DNA of 64,000 nt from Lophium mytilinum (Eukaryota): the NCBI GenBank assembly GCA_010093605.1, contig MU004191.1, positions 165,397-229,396 on the forward strand, written 5' to 3'. Below are positions 33,439-47,704 of this stretch, one piece after another. The position numbers were made by a program, and so were the translations under genes. Numbering within the stretch: position 1 is the stretch's first letter; every line of letters starts with the position of its first letter. The notes beneath the pieces are model-generated. The model did not search any database. It saw only the letters and a list, made by a program, of their open reading frames with translations, and was not told the DNA's origin.

Positions 33439-36400
33439 GACGTGTTTGCAATGGCAAAGGGCGTCGATGCCGAGCCAATGCTGCGCCTTTGAAGCGTGAA
33501 GAACCGCGGGCATCGAATGGTCCTCGGAGCCGTGGCGATGACGTCCGGTCTGCCATCAGAGAGCAGTAGTAGGACTTCGTAGTGTAGTCGTATGCCCTTG
33601 CTCAGTCGGATAGCAGAAGAAGACAAAAACTTCGTAAGCCCGTGCGTGTTGGACTACCATATCTGATGGATGTCGGGCTATGCTGCGATTTGGAAGACAT
33701 GTGCAGCTCTAGGGCAGCTGAGAAACCACTGAGAGCCCTTTGCGAAGTCAGGATCAGGGTCGGCGTCACGCCAGCGTCCAACCGTGGGCCTGGAGTGTAA
33801 AGCGAGGTGAACATGGTCGAACGAGCCAGCCGTGGAGATACACAAAACCACGCCAAGGCTCAATCACGCTGCGCGGCGTCGAGTCGGCAACAGATGGCCG
33901 GACCCAGCGCCAGACGTTCGTATGACCTTGAGTACCGAAATGACGGTCGTCACGGTTCGCTTCGTCTTGGCTCGTTCGTTCTCAGCTCGTCGTTTGGAAA
34001 GCTTCTTCGCTGCTTCCCTGCATGATCCCGTTCTCCCGTATAGCGCCAGCGCAAATATGGATTACGGCGCGTGCTGGTGGGATTCGGAGCCGTGGTAGCT
34101 TCGCGGGGCCCAGCAGCCCGCGCGGCGGTGATGCAAATACGTTCGGTCAGGCCGCCTGAGGCCTTGGGATGTGTCTGGAACATTGGTAAGGCGTGGTTCG
34201 GTTGTGGCTTGCAGTCCCTCCACGCCGACGAGGTGGGATGGTCCCGTTTCTTCCCTAGCGTCAAACTCTGCACATCATCTCTCTCGTGTCACCATCCCCG
34301 GCCTGTCTCACGACGCCCTGACGCGTGGGGACTGCAGGGCGCGTCCTCCGAAACCGCTGTGCAAAATTTTCATCTCATCCCAACACCTCGATTCTGCTTG
34401 ACGAGCAGTCACCACCACCTGCACGTCTTGAAAGAGGCTTTCACGCGGGGAGCTGACTTTCCCTATCCGACTGAACAGAATGTGTTAACAAACTCCTCGG
34501 GGTGGCCGACCGAATCGACATCACCACTCGATGAATCGGTACCTTCAAATCAGCATCCATTCAGCACCACCCAGGCTCTCCTTCCTTGCAAATATCATAG
34601 GGCTTACAAGAAGCAAGATCGTATCACCGAAGAAGCTCCTATCAGCCTCTAGGTCAAAGTCCGAAAAAGGCCATCCCTCCTAATATCGAGCACTGAAGCA
34701 AGAGCTATGGAAAACTAGAGGACTAGAGGACTACTACCATATACCTCACTCGCAATTTTCAAACGCGACTGTCAAGAGGCATTATACCTGGGCACATACA
34801 CCGCGAATGCAATGCAGGGCTCCACTACTATCAAGCCTACTCAAGATTAGGGGCAGAGTGTGACTAGTCCGAGATGAATCTCGTGAACTGAACGGAATAA
34901 CCCGGGGAAAATAGTAAGATAGAAAGGAAACTAACAATCAATAGTAGCCAAAAGACGAGGAGGTGGTGTCCCAGTGTGACAATAGTTGCAGCTCGTACGC
35001 ACGGAGTTTCAGGATCCCAGGCTCCGCCGCCCTTCGTCAGCGATCTTCGATGGAGTCCCGCGACAAATACTCGTGCGGTGCTATTGTATAAGGCCTGGAA
35101 GCATCATTATCTCGTCACCAGCCCATCCTCTACGGACTGATCGTAGCCACTATTAGATAGGCAACGACACGAGATCCGTGTCGAATGCGGAAATACGTCC
35201 TCTCTATTCGCCGGTAGCTTTTTGCGTACTAGCTGCGGCGTCCAGTGACCCAAACGGGCTGAGAACGACGTGCTTTTTCTGCCGCTTGTTCAAAAATGCG
35301 TTACCTTGATCACGACAACTATAGAGCCTGTGAAAGCATGCTGTGGTCAGCGTGCAGGTGGCTACAAGGGTGGATGGCGGTACTAGAAGCCGACGAGGGA
35401 GGTTTCAATGGCCGGAATGGCCTTGGAAAAGGTAGACAGCCTTCGTTACGCAGCATTCACGAGATGCATGAACCACAGCATGCGTCCACAGGCGGTAGTA
35501 GCAAACATGGGGCTGTACCGATTTACTTCGAGATGTCATTTCAGTACCTCGACGCTTTCTTCTCCATCGATGTGTTACGACATTGTTTGCTACGACTTGC
35601 TGATCAGCTGCGTCGGAGCCTGGAGCCTCTCCCCGATATACGAGGTAAAGGCTTTAAGGCTCTGTCTTTGACGGTAGCCACCTTGCCAAAGCTATCCTGC
35701 CCGTGCACGTTGACTTTGCGCCAGCACCCACCACGTATACTAACCTCGATTGTCGTCGGCAGTCCCTCGGACCTAGAGTTGACTTGACGCAAGAAGAGGT
35801 TTGATATAGGAACAGGATGGATGGGAAGGATGGTATAACAATCTCGAAGGGTAGCTAACCACGCTGGGCAAGAAAATAGGTGGCACACTCAGCAAGTAAT
35901 CTGTCTCGTGCAGTCGTGGGTATACGGCAGAATGCTTGCTGAGTGTGCCACCTTTTTCATGCCTAGCGTGCGACCCCTGCATCTTCAGCACGTGGCTGGT
36001 TGACAGCGGGCCGGTCCCGAAAGGGCGTCACCATGCGGGGAAGGACCTCAAACCTGGCAGACGCCTCATCATTCCAATGAAAACCTGTCATTCTCGTATC
36101 CCATTCTTCTCTCTCTCTCTGACTGGTCTCCTGTATCGCACAGCTTGTCGGGGTCAGCTCCCCCTCCATTTCCTTTAGAAACCATGTCCTTTGCCATGTG
36201 CAAGACACTCACCTTTGCTCGTGCCGGTCGTCAGGTCCACTTGCTCGCGTAAAGGTAGACCTTATTCAATCTTCTCAAACCTAACGGGTCGGTATCGTGG
36301 TTGTATTGCATCAATTGCCCACTTACTCAACACCTGGCACTACATGAAAGACGAGTTCATCGACTCACGAAACGGGGAGAACCCGCGAGCACCTGCAAGC

Positions 36401-37611
36401 CTGCAGATTTCCAGGTTTTCTGACAGCTTGGCTGCGTCGAACCCCAGTGTTAGGGGACCAACGCTCTGCTCCCTGTTCCAGATACAGCCACCAGTTCACG
36501 GGATCGTTCACCGCCAGAACGTTCATTCTTGTCCTGTTCTCTACTCGCATCCCCATATGCTCCTCCTAGAAGGAAGCTGCAAACTTCAAATGTATCTTAC
36601 CAGCTGAATGCTATTATAGATGCTAAAGACCTAGACTATCCTAGCGGCACGTCGAAGTCGAAGCGCTTCATGTCCAAGGCGTCCACAGTAAATGGCTGCC
36701 GACAAATTGTCACAGAAACTTGACGGCACAAAGAAATATACAGGGATCAGCAATCATGGATGCCCCTCCATCCCCCAAACTTCAACTAGCCAACCTCATG
36801 TACCTTCGACCCTAAGGCAAAATGTGTTCCTGGCTTCGTTCGGCAATGCAACGGCATTTTCATGACCCGGATTTCCCACCACACCATCGAAAAATGCCTT
36901 CCATCAAGGAGGGTGGGTTCCATGTTGATTCGCTGAGTATTCGGGACGTTCTCCAATTCCGTTCTCTTTCGCTACGATGGTACCTCAGCCATGTATTCCG
37001 TGGCTCCAGGAGCCGTGGAACAGGTCTACCGTTCAATGAGTCTAATACCAAGGGCTATCCCCGTTCCTTGTTTACGACAGTAGCTGTGAGCCTTTTCAGA
37101 ATACTAGTTTGGAGGGAGAATGGCACATGTCACAAAGATGGCCAGAACCAATCCCAAGCCACGGCCCCTTGGTTGCATGACCTTACGACCACAGTTTTCA
37201 GCTGCAATACAGACTTAGGTTCAACTGAACTACTGGGCTGCCACACCTTTCCAGGCTTTAATGCATCATTTTATCCATGGCACAGCTAGAATGCACGCCT
37301 GTCTGGTACTAACCGACTATGGACTCCCTCTGGTTCGATCTCTTCCCCACACCACGCGATGATCGACCGTCCAGGTTTCGGCCTGTAGCTTGAAAGGGTG
37401 TCATTAGACGCGACCCATGTAATTGCCACATGAAGAGCTATAATCGAGCACTTATTATTACCCGCGCCGTTCCCTTGGTTTCTGTCCCTTTGGCACCCAG
37501 TCGCCATTTCCTGGGGCAACTAAGATTTGTGCCTTATACTTCATCCCTTCCTCTCGTCGCATTGGATGTGCAAGTCTCCGCACGGTGTGTCCTAATTGTG
37601 TTGTCTCTACG

Positions 37612-39392
37612 ATGGGCACTCATCTTCGCGCTATCCCTACGAGTGCTACTGCGCAGTGGCCCGCCCCTAATTATACCAACCCCGAAAGGCGAACATGGTT
37701 TCCAGTATTTGGCCTTATTTTGCAAGTCGTCGCCACGCTGCTCTTTGCGACTAGATTATTGTCGAACTTGTTGCGACGCGGTGGCTCGCCAAGTATAGAC
37801 GACGCGTTCATAAGTATTGCTTGGGTGAGCAACCGTGTACTCCCCCAAAAATGACATTTAGCTCATGTCTCCAGCTCTTTGGAACTCTTTTTACTGCGCT
37901 ATGTGTACTCGGTAAGTGAGATGTTCCCCCAGCTTTCACCCGGGGTCTTCGGCGAAGCATTCCGACGCCATCTCCGTATTTTCATAACCTGGACTGCTGT
38001 ATTACATGCGCCGCTAGGAGTGCTGTAGCTTCTTCGGTATGCCTGTGCTTCAAGTCCTTGGAAATTTCGACCGGTGTGCTATTGTGTATGCTTTAGTCTA
38101 TGGCCACTTTAGTGCTAGGAGGGTACTGTCGGATTCCAGAATGATAATATCAACTCGCTGCCAGCCTTTGAGGTGTATCTGATACATTCACTAATCTCTA
38201 TGAAACTAATCTCTATGTACAGGAACCCTACGGCTCGGCTTTGACCGCCATATCTGGGACAGCGATCCGAACTCTTTCAGTGATTCAGCTCTGGTACTTT
38301 CCCAACTCCCAGCACGGTGAATATTTCGCTGACCTCCGCATTGACCAGCTGGCTTAGTGAAGGCGCCTTCTTATTTAGCACTTGCTTCACCAAAGTTTCC
38401 GTTCTTTGTATATACCGCCGTCTAGGCGCAGATGGTATTAGCAGAGAGTGGAAGTGGGTCATATGGGTCGCTATAGGCTTCACGGCCGCTTACACCCTTA
38501 CATTCCTCTTCGTCTTAGTTCTAATGTGTCGTCCTACGGAGGCATTTTGGAAATCTTTCGATCCTGTATACTCGAAGGCGTATCAGTGCTCCAGCAGCCA
38601 TGTTACGAATCCGTGGGTAGGAGCTCTAGGGGCAGTCTCTGACTTCTACACGGTTCTGCTTTCGGCTATACTTGTTTGGAATATGCAAATGCAGAGGAGG
38701 GAGAGAATCGGGCTAAATGTCATTCTCGCGCTGGCTGTATCGTAAGTTTTGGTACCTCACGACATCGAGGTTTACGCTAATATCTTGCAACAGAGTGATC
38801 GGAGCAGGCATCGCAAGATCCGTACGGCTCTCTCAGCTGGCCGATAGCTCTTTAGTAGACATCACGTGTAAGCTGCCGCTCGAGTGCGACGACATCGCCT
38901 CTCTAACAATCGACAGGGCACGGCTTCGACGTATTCGTTTCCTCCCAGCTCGAATGTCAACTCGCAATAATCTGCGCCTGCGCACCGTCTCTCATAGCCC
39001 TCGCACGCCGCCAGCCCACTCCTACTCCTTTCATTCACCCGAACCAAGAGAGCAGGACGCTGGTCAATTCCCTAATTTCAACCCGAAGCGGGAGCACCCT
39101 ACACGAGCGCTTCAAGCGCTCCATGCTGTTGAAAAATGCCGATAGCCGAAGACGGCTAGTAATATCGGATCCACAGGTACTGGAGATACCGGACTGGGCG
39201 ACTGAGGCATTTGAGTCCCCTCGGTATACAAACTCGCCAATAGATGTAGAGGTATATGAGCGGTATGTTGCTGGGAAATATGGGCCGCCGCCGCCGCCGA
39301 AGGATCATGGGGAAATATTCGCGCAGTATCGGGCCGTGCCAGCTATTCCGAGTAAGGATTTGTTTTCGCAGTATCGTGATGGTTTTGTGTAG
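37612..39392 (+). CDS. PTH11-like (non-CFEM) integral membrane receptor; multi-exon
   Basis: WPAPNYTNP, IDDAFI, GFDRHIWD, FTKVSVLCIYRRL, CRPTEAFW, SDFYTVLL..VWNMQM, IICACAPSL; intron 37912..38222 plus several short introns. Confidence 0.88.
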
Positions 39393-40106
39393 TACAGGCA
39401 AGCTTAGTTGAACTTGAAGTCGTAGAACAACACGGTCTGTAGTAACTTAGAGAGCTATGAGGTTTGCCAAAACTATCACTTTGCGGATTTGGACAAAGTA
39501 CTAGAGGGTTCCATCTTGTTGTAGGCAAGTATGCACACGTCTAGAATGAGAATAGAATCACGGATTTTGGACTGCCATTTTTTGGTGTAGGGAGCCTGAA
39601 TGTAGTTGGATGTATTCCGAAACGTGACTAGATGAGTTGTAGAAATGATATTCTCATAGCTTGGAGTGAATAGAAACTACCTACAAGGGACATCTAGCAA
39701 TGGACTAGCTAAGTTACCGAACTACATCTCTTGCATGCGACCATGTTCATATGATGCATAATTGCCCCTCCTTAGACTCACATAGTCGATTAACGTGAAG
39801 GGTGCACAGCTCCCAAGCGTTCGGGTCTCCCATGTGCCCTGGGTGAATTTTTGCGGGGAAACCCTTCTTTTCCACCATTCGCTGGATAAACAAAAACAGA
39901 CGCGCAGCCAAAGCAAGCCTTTTCACCGATCAGTTACCCTTGGGCTGCATCAAGCAGTCTTCCCTGCCAATACCACCTGCACCCCTCCCGAATCGAGTGC
40001 AGAAGTCTTGGCGCCTTTCCACCTGCATTGCGGAGTGCAGCGCGCCACCCGCAACAACCAACGACCGACACCTCTCCCAGCTCCCACCGAGCGACGACCA
40101 GCAAGC

Positions 40107-40803
40107 ATGGTGCTGTCCTTCATCCTCATCCAGAACCGGCAGTATGCTCACCGCTACCTGAGCAAACTCAATGTCGCATTGCAGGCGTGCTAACCGTTCC
40201 CAGAGGCAAGACTCGTCTCGCGAAGTGGTATGCGCCGTACAGCGTAAGCTCCCCCTCCCATCCCCTCACAGACGACATACTAACAGCTCCGCAGGATGAA
40301 GAGAAAGTGAAGCTAAAGGGCGAGGTACACATCCATCCGCCCTTCACCGCCCTCCCCATCTCCCACCCTCCCCCAGAATCCCCTAACACGTCCCTCACTA
40401 GGTCCACCGCCTCATCGCGCCCCGCGACCAAAAACACCAATCCAACTTCGTCGAATTCCGCAACACATCCAAAATCGTATACCGGCGCTACGCGGGGCTA
40501 TTCTTCTGCGCGTGTGTGGACACCAACGACAACGAGCTCGCGTATCTGGAGGCTATACACTTCTTTGTCGAGGTGCTAGATGCGTTCTTCGGGAACGTGT
40601 GCGAATTAGATCTGGTTTTTAACTTTTATAAGGTGCGTGACGCCGGCCGGGTAGGGGTTGTTTTGTTAGGGCGGAGAGCTAATAATTGGGGGGTGGTATA
40701 GGTCTATGCGATCCTCGATGAGGTGTTTTTGGCGGGCGAGATCGAGGAGACGAGTAAGCAGGTTGTGCTGACGAGGTTGGTGCATTTGGATAAGCTGGAG
40801 TAA
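40107..40803 (+). CDS. APS2: AP-2 adaptor complex sigma subunit; 4 introns
   Basis: [77 protein letters not shown]. Confidence 0.95.
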
Positions 40804-41451
40804 GGGAAGAGTTGGGTATAGGTGGGGAGTGCATGGGTGGTGTTTTGGCGTTTGGAGCGAGGATGCTGTTGCATCTGGCTTGGTCTCGATCGAAAGATAC
40901 AATGCCTGGTTATAGAAATTTGTACACCCGTTTACCGCTGCATGAGGAGCCTCAAAATATTCTTAGGACACACAAAAGAGACTAGTTTGACATTTTGGAC
41001 TACTAGCAAACTCAGTACGCTACTCCAGACAGTGGTAACATGGTGTATAGGGATTAGATGCGTATGTGCTGCCTCTAGTTTTTAATAGTACGTGGAAACC
41101 CTAACCAAACTGGTGGAGAAGTAAGTGCACGGGTATCTCTGGCAAGTCACTATATCTCATCAATTTCAAGAGTCAAGTTCCATAGTCATTGTCATTCATC
41201 TGTCATTGTGCTGCGGACTATTTGGGCTTGCAAACACCTTCCTCGTGCGTCACCATAGCTGTCCAAAGCCCTTCGAGTCAAGTCAGGCCAAACCCAGAGA
41301 CCGCCAGGTCCCAACCAAACCAGATACCCAAATCTCCGCCATAACGCCTGCAGTTAGGGAAACTCCATAACCGTTTGAGGGGACCTTCGCATTGCTCGCC
41401 GGGGAAGTCACCAAGGAACGCAGGCGAGGCTGGGGCGTGTAGGATGTGCGC

Positions 41452-41950
41452 TCATGCGACATCATCGACATCGTCATACTGCTCCACCTCCTCATACTTG
41501 GGCTCGATCTTGATCTTCTTGCCTACGAACTGGTCAAAGCCTTCGTCGTCGTCATCATCATCAGCGCTCTGCGCACGCTTGGTGCCTTTCTTGACACCGG
41601 TCTCGTCTCCATCGACCTTTTTCTTGGTAGCAGACTTCGGCTTGGAAGCGCCGTTCTTGTTTACGGCCTTCTTGGGGCTCTTGGCCTCTTTGCTAGTGTC
41701 GGGAGCGGCTGCACCGCTCTTGAGACGCTCTATATCGTCCTTGAGCTTGTCTTTGGTGTTCTGAACCATCCTCTGACAAGCCTTCACGCTTCGGCCGGCG
41801 GGGATAGGCACTTTCTTCCAGTCGATCGACTGGCCATTGTCGAAGATCATGATGAAGTACGCCAACTATGATGCGTTAGTGGAATGCTTGAAGAGCGCAA
41901 GAGCGACCTCTGACCTTCTCGATGTCGGTCCAACTCTGGCCTGAAGACAT
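41452..41950 (-). CDS. Small nuclear protein with Myb-like N-terminus and Lys-rich/acidic tail
   Basis: MSSGQSWTDIEK, an intron, then ..YFIMI..IDWKKVPIPAGRSVKAC; K-rich tail with KKIKIEP. Confidence 0.65.
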
Positions 41951-42386
41951 GGTGATTTGCGATGTCTATGCGGAAGTCAGTTATGTCGGTACTCGAGATC
42001 TGGTAAATAGGGGAACTCACTGCGATGCTTGGTGAATTCGAGAGCCTTGTCTGACGGTCGCAGGGTGCGCCAGCAGAGGTGATGAGTTCCTGTAATGTAG
42101 GAGAGACCAGGGGATGAGGGTAACGGAAGGGTAAGGGCTGGGCTGGGAGGGGTCAAAGTTGGGGTGGTCAGTGAGACGCCAACAAGTGAAATGGTAGCCT
42201 TGGGGTGAAGTTGGAGACGTCACGCGATTGTTGGAAGCGATATCAACCTCTTAAAATTGCACCAACTATCAAGGCGACGGAAGCCGATGATTTAAGGCTC
42301 CTGCCAGGGTTCGGATAACTCTTGTCTTCTATTCTTGCACACTCTTCATCTTCAACACCCTACCCACTACAAGTCATTCGCCAGAA

Positions 42387-43169
42387 ATGGATCTCGACGT
42401 CGACAAGAACGCTCCGCAGAGCGTTGCTAAGAGCTCGGACGGTATGTTATCCTCTTGTAGAGCCAAGAATAGTGAGCTAATGTGCGTGCGTCTAGATGCG
42501 TCCCCCAATCCCTCCCTGTTCATGAGACTCCCGTTGGAGCTCCGCCGCAAAATCTACAAAGAACTCCTCAAAGCGGGTCTTTACGTTGTGCTGTCGCCCA
42601 TGTACAACCAAAACGGATGGCAGACTTATCAAAATTCCAGCTTCTGCAAGATCCGCTTCGAACATGCCCGACTGCGCAAGCCACTCTTCCCTGCGATCCT
42701 CTGCGTCAATCACCAGATCCACGAGGAAGCCACCGATGTTCTCTACCGAGAGAACTTCTTCATGCTTCACTATGATACCGGCATCAAGAATGGACAGCCA
42801 CTACGCTCCAAGCTGCCGCACTATTTCGACAAGATCAAGAATGTCTGGATTTCGGTGGAGGACATGGAAGATTTGGTGGCGGAGGATTTCCCACAGAGCC
42901 TTCAGACCATGAGGGTGTTCAGCAGCATGGACAGCATGCACAAGAGACACTTGAGCTACGTCCTCCGACTACTTCCTGCGCTAGTCAAGGCTGGCCTCCA
43001 GATGGTCCAATTCGATGAACAGTACAAGCCGCTTGGAGATTTCAAGAAGCTCATCACACTCATCATGGAGAAGGGGGAGGAAGAGACCCATCGGATTCTC
43101 AAGGAGCAACGGATGGAGAAGCTGGGTATATTCAATCGCCACATGGCCAGAACGCGCTTGAGTAAATGA
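42387..43169 (+). CDS. F-box-like hypothetical protein; probable intron near 42442-42495
   Basis: SLFMRLPLELRRKIYKELL ... PAILCVNHQIHEEATDVLYRENFF. Confidence 0.7.
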   Translation: MDLDVDKNAPQSVAKSSDGMLSSCRAKNSELMCVRLDASPNPSLFMRLPLELRRKIYKELLKAGLYVVLSPMYNQNGWQTYQNSSFCKIRFEHARLRKPLFPAILCVNHQIHEEATDVLYRENFFMLHYDTGIKNGQPLRSKLPHYFDKIKNVWISVEDMEDLVAEDFPQSLQTMRVFSSMDSMHKRHLSYVLRLLPALVKAGLQMVQFDEQYKPLGDFKKLITLIMEKGEEETHRILKEQRMEKLGIFNRHMARTRLSK

Positions 43170-44112
43170 TGGCGAGGAGAAGATCGAGACTGACGGTGAT
43201 AAACAGAGATAAATCGAGGCGGCATGCGGGACAGGGAGGGCGATGATGACACCATGATACACCACCAATTGGCATGTTTGGATTGCACTAATAGTCACAA
43301 TCCAGCATATATTGGCATACACTCATCACAATGGTGACACGATGAACGTGAAATCTGGCCAATCCACTCTCAACCTAGCTTACCCGGATTGCCTCTATGC
43401 AGACACAAAGGGCATGAAAAGGTAGCACTCTGATCTGCCGTTTACACACCTATCTACCTTTGCTTGTAGTGCTTCGATGCATTTCAAAATATAAGTAAGA
43501 GAGAATCTTATGTTTCTGGACTATGTGGAATTTTGTTGAAGCACCCGAAGCAGTGGCATACAGGTGCACCTACCTACTAGGTAAGCATGGTAGTTGAGTG
43601 GCAGTAGAAATTGGCAGAATACGAATCCGTGAGGGGTACGCACTATTTCCGTGTACCTAGGTTTAGCACCGCTTGAGGTCCTCTAGTATGCTATTGCTAT
43701 TTATGAAGTACAAGCTTTGGCAAGCCTGATAGCTCTCTAGACCACCTCAGACGGTGTTGAACACATGGAGTGTGCCAATTTTTTCATGCCTAGTGTGGCA
43801 GACTTACTATTGATACTTGGGATACCCAAAAGTCGACAATATCGTTGGGGCATCATATGAAGCTTCATAGACTTGAGTTGAGGTGAAAGGACGTCAATGC
43901 TAAGGCTGACTAGGCGACATTTTGAATCCTTCGCAACCCCGGCCCCTGCGCGGCGTTCAAGCCAGGCACCGCCCGGGGTCTTCTGGCAGACGTGAATTCA
44001 TTCCCGATTATCAATTTATCAATCCCTTCGGTCTCGCATCGCCTTCTGCAGACCCGTCTCTCCTCCTACACCCGTGGTAGTCGCTTGTCGCTGCCTTGCC
44101 CTGACTCTCTGG

Positions 44113-47100
44113 ATGCTCCTTGGTCGTGCCACCTTCGCCGCAAGAGAATCTCTCCGCAGCCCTGCCTCGTCCGTTCTCACCCTCCTTCAGCGCCCTTGCG
44201 CCACCTATTCTCCAGCCTCCCCACGTCTACCTAATCGCTTCTTCTCGGCAAAGGCTATCGTAGGCGCCAGCCAGCACAGTCCTTTGCGCCCAGCCTTCTC
44301 TCGTCCTCAGACAGCACGAATCAGCACAGCGACGGCTATGGAACAGAATGGAGACGCCCGAACCAAGCGAAAACAACCTCCAACCCCCTCCAGCGAACGG
44401 CCAATGAAGCAGATGAAGCCTGAAGCCGACTTTCACCAACGGAACGGCTCAGGTCTCGTCGTTACTTCACAGGGTCCAGCCTCGACTCAGCCCATGGAAG
44501 AGGATTCAGACTTCGAGGAAATGGACATGGCACGCGTGGTTGGCACCGGACAAGACACCGCCGAGTGGCAGAAGACGATTGAGAAGGTGGTGAAGAATGT
44601 TGTGTCTATTCACTTCTGCGCGACCTGCTCTTTCGACACCGACCCGGCCCTAGCCAGCGAGGCTACGGGTTTCGTCGTAGATGCGGAGAAGGGCTATATC
44701 CTGACAAACAGGCACGTCGTGGGCCCTGGACCGTTCATAGGCTACTGCATATTCGACAATCACGAAGAGGTATGTTAACATGATCAATGGCCCTTCGGAG
44801 CAAGCCTCTAACTTTTTGGGCCAGTGTGACGTATACCCTGTCTACCGCGACCCTGTCCACGATTTCGGTATCCTGCGATTCGACCCTAAAGCCATCAAGT
44901 ACATGCCTGTTGAGTCGTTGGTGCTCAGGCCAGATCTTGCCAGTGCGTAACCCGATTCCCAACCTGGCGATGCGATGCTGACGATACACAGAGGTTGGAG
45001 TTGAGATTCGAGTCGTTGGTAATGATGCCGGAGAGAAACTCAGTATCTTATCAGGTGTCATCAGTCGACTCGACCGCAATGCGCCGGAGTATGGAGAGGG
45101 ATATAGCGATTTCAGTATGTCTACCGAGGGACTGCGTCTATGCAGAAGCTAACTGGGTGTAGACACCAATTATATCCAAGCAGCAGCCGCTGCTAGTGGC
45201 GGCAGCTCTGGAAGTCCTGTGGTCGATAAAGACGGCTTTGCTGTTGCGCTCCAAGCTGGTGGTAGAGCCGACGGAGCAGCTACTGATTACTTCCTACCCT
45301 TGGATCGGCCCCTACGAGCGCTCAATTGCGTGCGGAATGGCCAAACAATAACCCGAGGAACTATTCAGGTTCAGTGGATGCTCAAGCCGTTCGACGAATG
45401 CCGAAGACTCGGATTGTCACCGGACTGGGAGAAGGAAATTCGACAGGCATTTCCTAAGGAGACCGGAATGCTCGTGGCCGAAGTCGTACTTCCGAAAGGA
45501 CCTGCGGACAAAAATGTTGAAGAGGGTGATGTGCTAATCAAGGTCAACGGGGAGCTTCTTACGCAATTCGTGCGCCTGGATTCTATTCTGGATGACAGTG
45601 TCGAGGGAAAAATCTCATTGCTGATTCAACGAGGTGGCGAGGACATCCTTGTTGAATTGGAAGTTGGAAACCTACACGATATAACGCCCGATCGTTTCGT
45701 GTCTGCTGCAGGAGCGGCATTCCACGACCTGTCCTACCAGCAAGCTCGACTTTATGCCATCGCAACCAAGGACGCTGGCGTCTACGTTTGCGAATCGGCT
45801 GGATCTTTCAGATTTGATGGCAGTGATTCTGGATGGCTCATTCAATCCATTGATAACAAAGAGACCCCCAACCTAGTTACCTTCGTAGAGGTCATGAAAG
45901 CTATTCCAGGTATGTTATACAGTACGGTTAGCGTAGAGACTCGAAACTAACCAGGTTCTAGATCGATCTCGAGTTGTCGTTGTGTACAAGCATCTCCGAG
46001 ATTTGCACACCTCTAGCACGAATATCATCACTATCGACCGTCACTGGCATTCTAAGATGAGACTCGCCAAACGTAACGATAAGACTGGCCTCTGGGACTT
46101 CACGGTTATTGCCGACGCTATCCCGGCCGCGCCTCCCGTTCCACGCAAAGCCAACTTTATCCGCATGGATAGCGCGAAGTACCCAGCCGCTGTCGATATC
46201 GTGAGAAGCTTTGTTCGGGTTTCTGCGTCGATGCCCATCAAGCTCGACGGCTTTCCCAGGGCGAGAAAGATTGGCTATGGCTTGGTTGTGGATGCTAAAC
46301 AAGGCCTAGTCATAGTATCAAGAGCTCTGATCCCTTACAATCTCTGCGATATCATGCTAACCATCGCGGACTCGATCATCGTTGATGCCAAAGTGGTCTT
46401 CATGCACCCGTTACAGAACTACGCTATCATTAAGTACGACACGTCCCTGGTCAATGCGCCGGTCAAGACCCCGAAGTTTGCTACAAATTTCATCAAGCAA
46501 GGAGAGGAGACAGTTTTCTTCGGATTCAACCAGAACCTTCGCCCGGTTGTGGCGAAGACTGTAGTAACCGATATTACTACAGTTGCCATTCCAGCCAGTG
46601 CTGCAACTCCGCGTTACCGGGCTATCAATCTAGATGCAGTAACGGTCGACACGAACCTCGCCAGTCAGTGTGGAACCGGAGTGTTGATTGCCGAAGATGG
46701 CACCGTCCAAGCACTTTGGCTCTCCTATCTCGGCGAACGCAACTCCCACAGTGGCAAGGACAATGAATATCATCTAGGTCTCGCCACCCCTATGGTCCTC
46801 CCCGTGCTTAAGGAGATCCAAAACGGCAATACGCCCACACTACGGATTCTGAACGTGGAGACACACACCGTACAAATGAGCCAGGCTCGGATCATGGGAG
46901 TCTCCGAAGGTAACAAAGCCCGTGACAGCCGTACAGTGATAGCATACTAACATACCCCCAGAATGGATCGAGAGAACCGAGAAAGACGATCCCGAACGCC
47001 ACCAACTCTTCATGGTCCGCAAAGTCGACTCCGGCCACGAGCACGGCCTACAGGAAGGCGACGTGATCCTCACGCTCAACAACAAGCTCATCACGCGCGT

Positions 47101-47704
47101 CTCGGACCTCGACATCATGTACGACAACGACTTCCTCGAAGCCCTCGTCGTGCGCAAGCGCAAAGAACTCAGCATCAAAGTCCCCACCGTGCCCACCGAG
47201 GACCTCGAAACCGACCGCGCCGTCATGTTTTGCGGCGCCACGCTGCACCGCCCCCACCACGCCGTCCGCCAGCAGATCAGCAAGGTGCACTCGGACATCT
47301 ACGTCTCGGCGCGGGCGCGCGGCTCGCCGGCATACATGTACGGCCTCGCGCCGACAAACTTCATCACGCATGTCAACGGCGTGCCGACGCAGAACCTCGA
47401 CGCGTTCCTGAACGAGGTCAAGAAGATTGGGGATAACACGTATTTCAGGCTCAAGGTTATCACGTTTGATAACGTGCCGTGGGTTGCGACGATGAAGAAG
47501 AATGAGCACTATTTCCCGACGATGGAGTATGTGAAGGATACGACTGATGAGTTGGGCTGGAAGAAGATTATGCATGAGTGTGATGAGGGGGGCGTGCGGG
47601 AGGTGATGGGGGGTGGGGAGACGGAGATGGAGGCGGGGGATGGGGGGGATATGGCTGTTGGGCAGGTGGATAATGGCGAGCCGAAGGTGAGGTCGATGTT
47701 GTGA
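44113..47704 (+). CDS. NMA111: HtrA-like pro-apoptotic serine protease Nma111/Ynm3 (canonical-type start at 44338; upstream in-frame ATG at 44113); multi-exon
   Basis: [29 protein letters not shown] (His), YRDPVHDFG (Asp), [19 protein letters not shown] (Ser); PDZ-like and duplicated protease domain; K..EHYFPT. Confidence 0.96.

Noticed and set aside
32565..37600. Many short ORFs (e.g. 34071..34652, 35296..35787)
   Set aside because: No recognisable motifs or splice-consistent gene model; treated as the divergent promoter region, though a degraded gene cannot be excluded.
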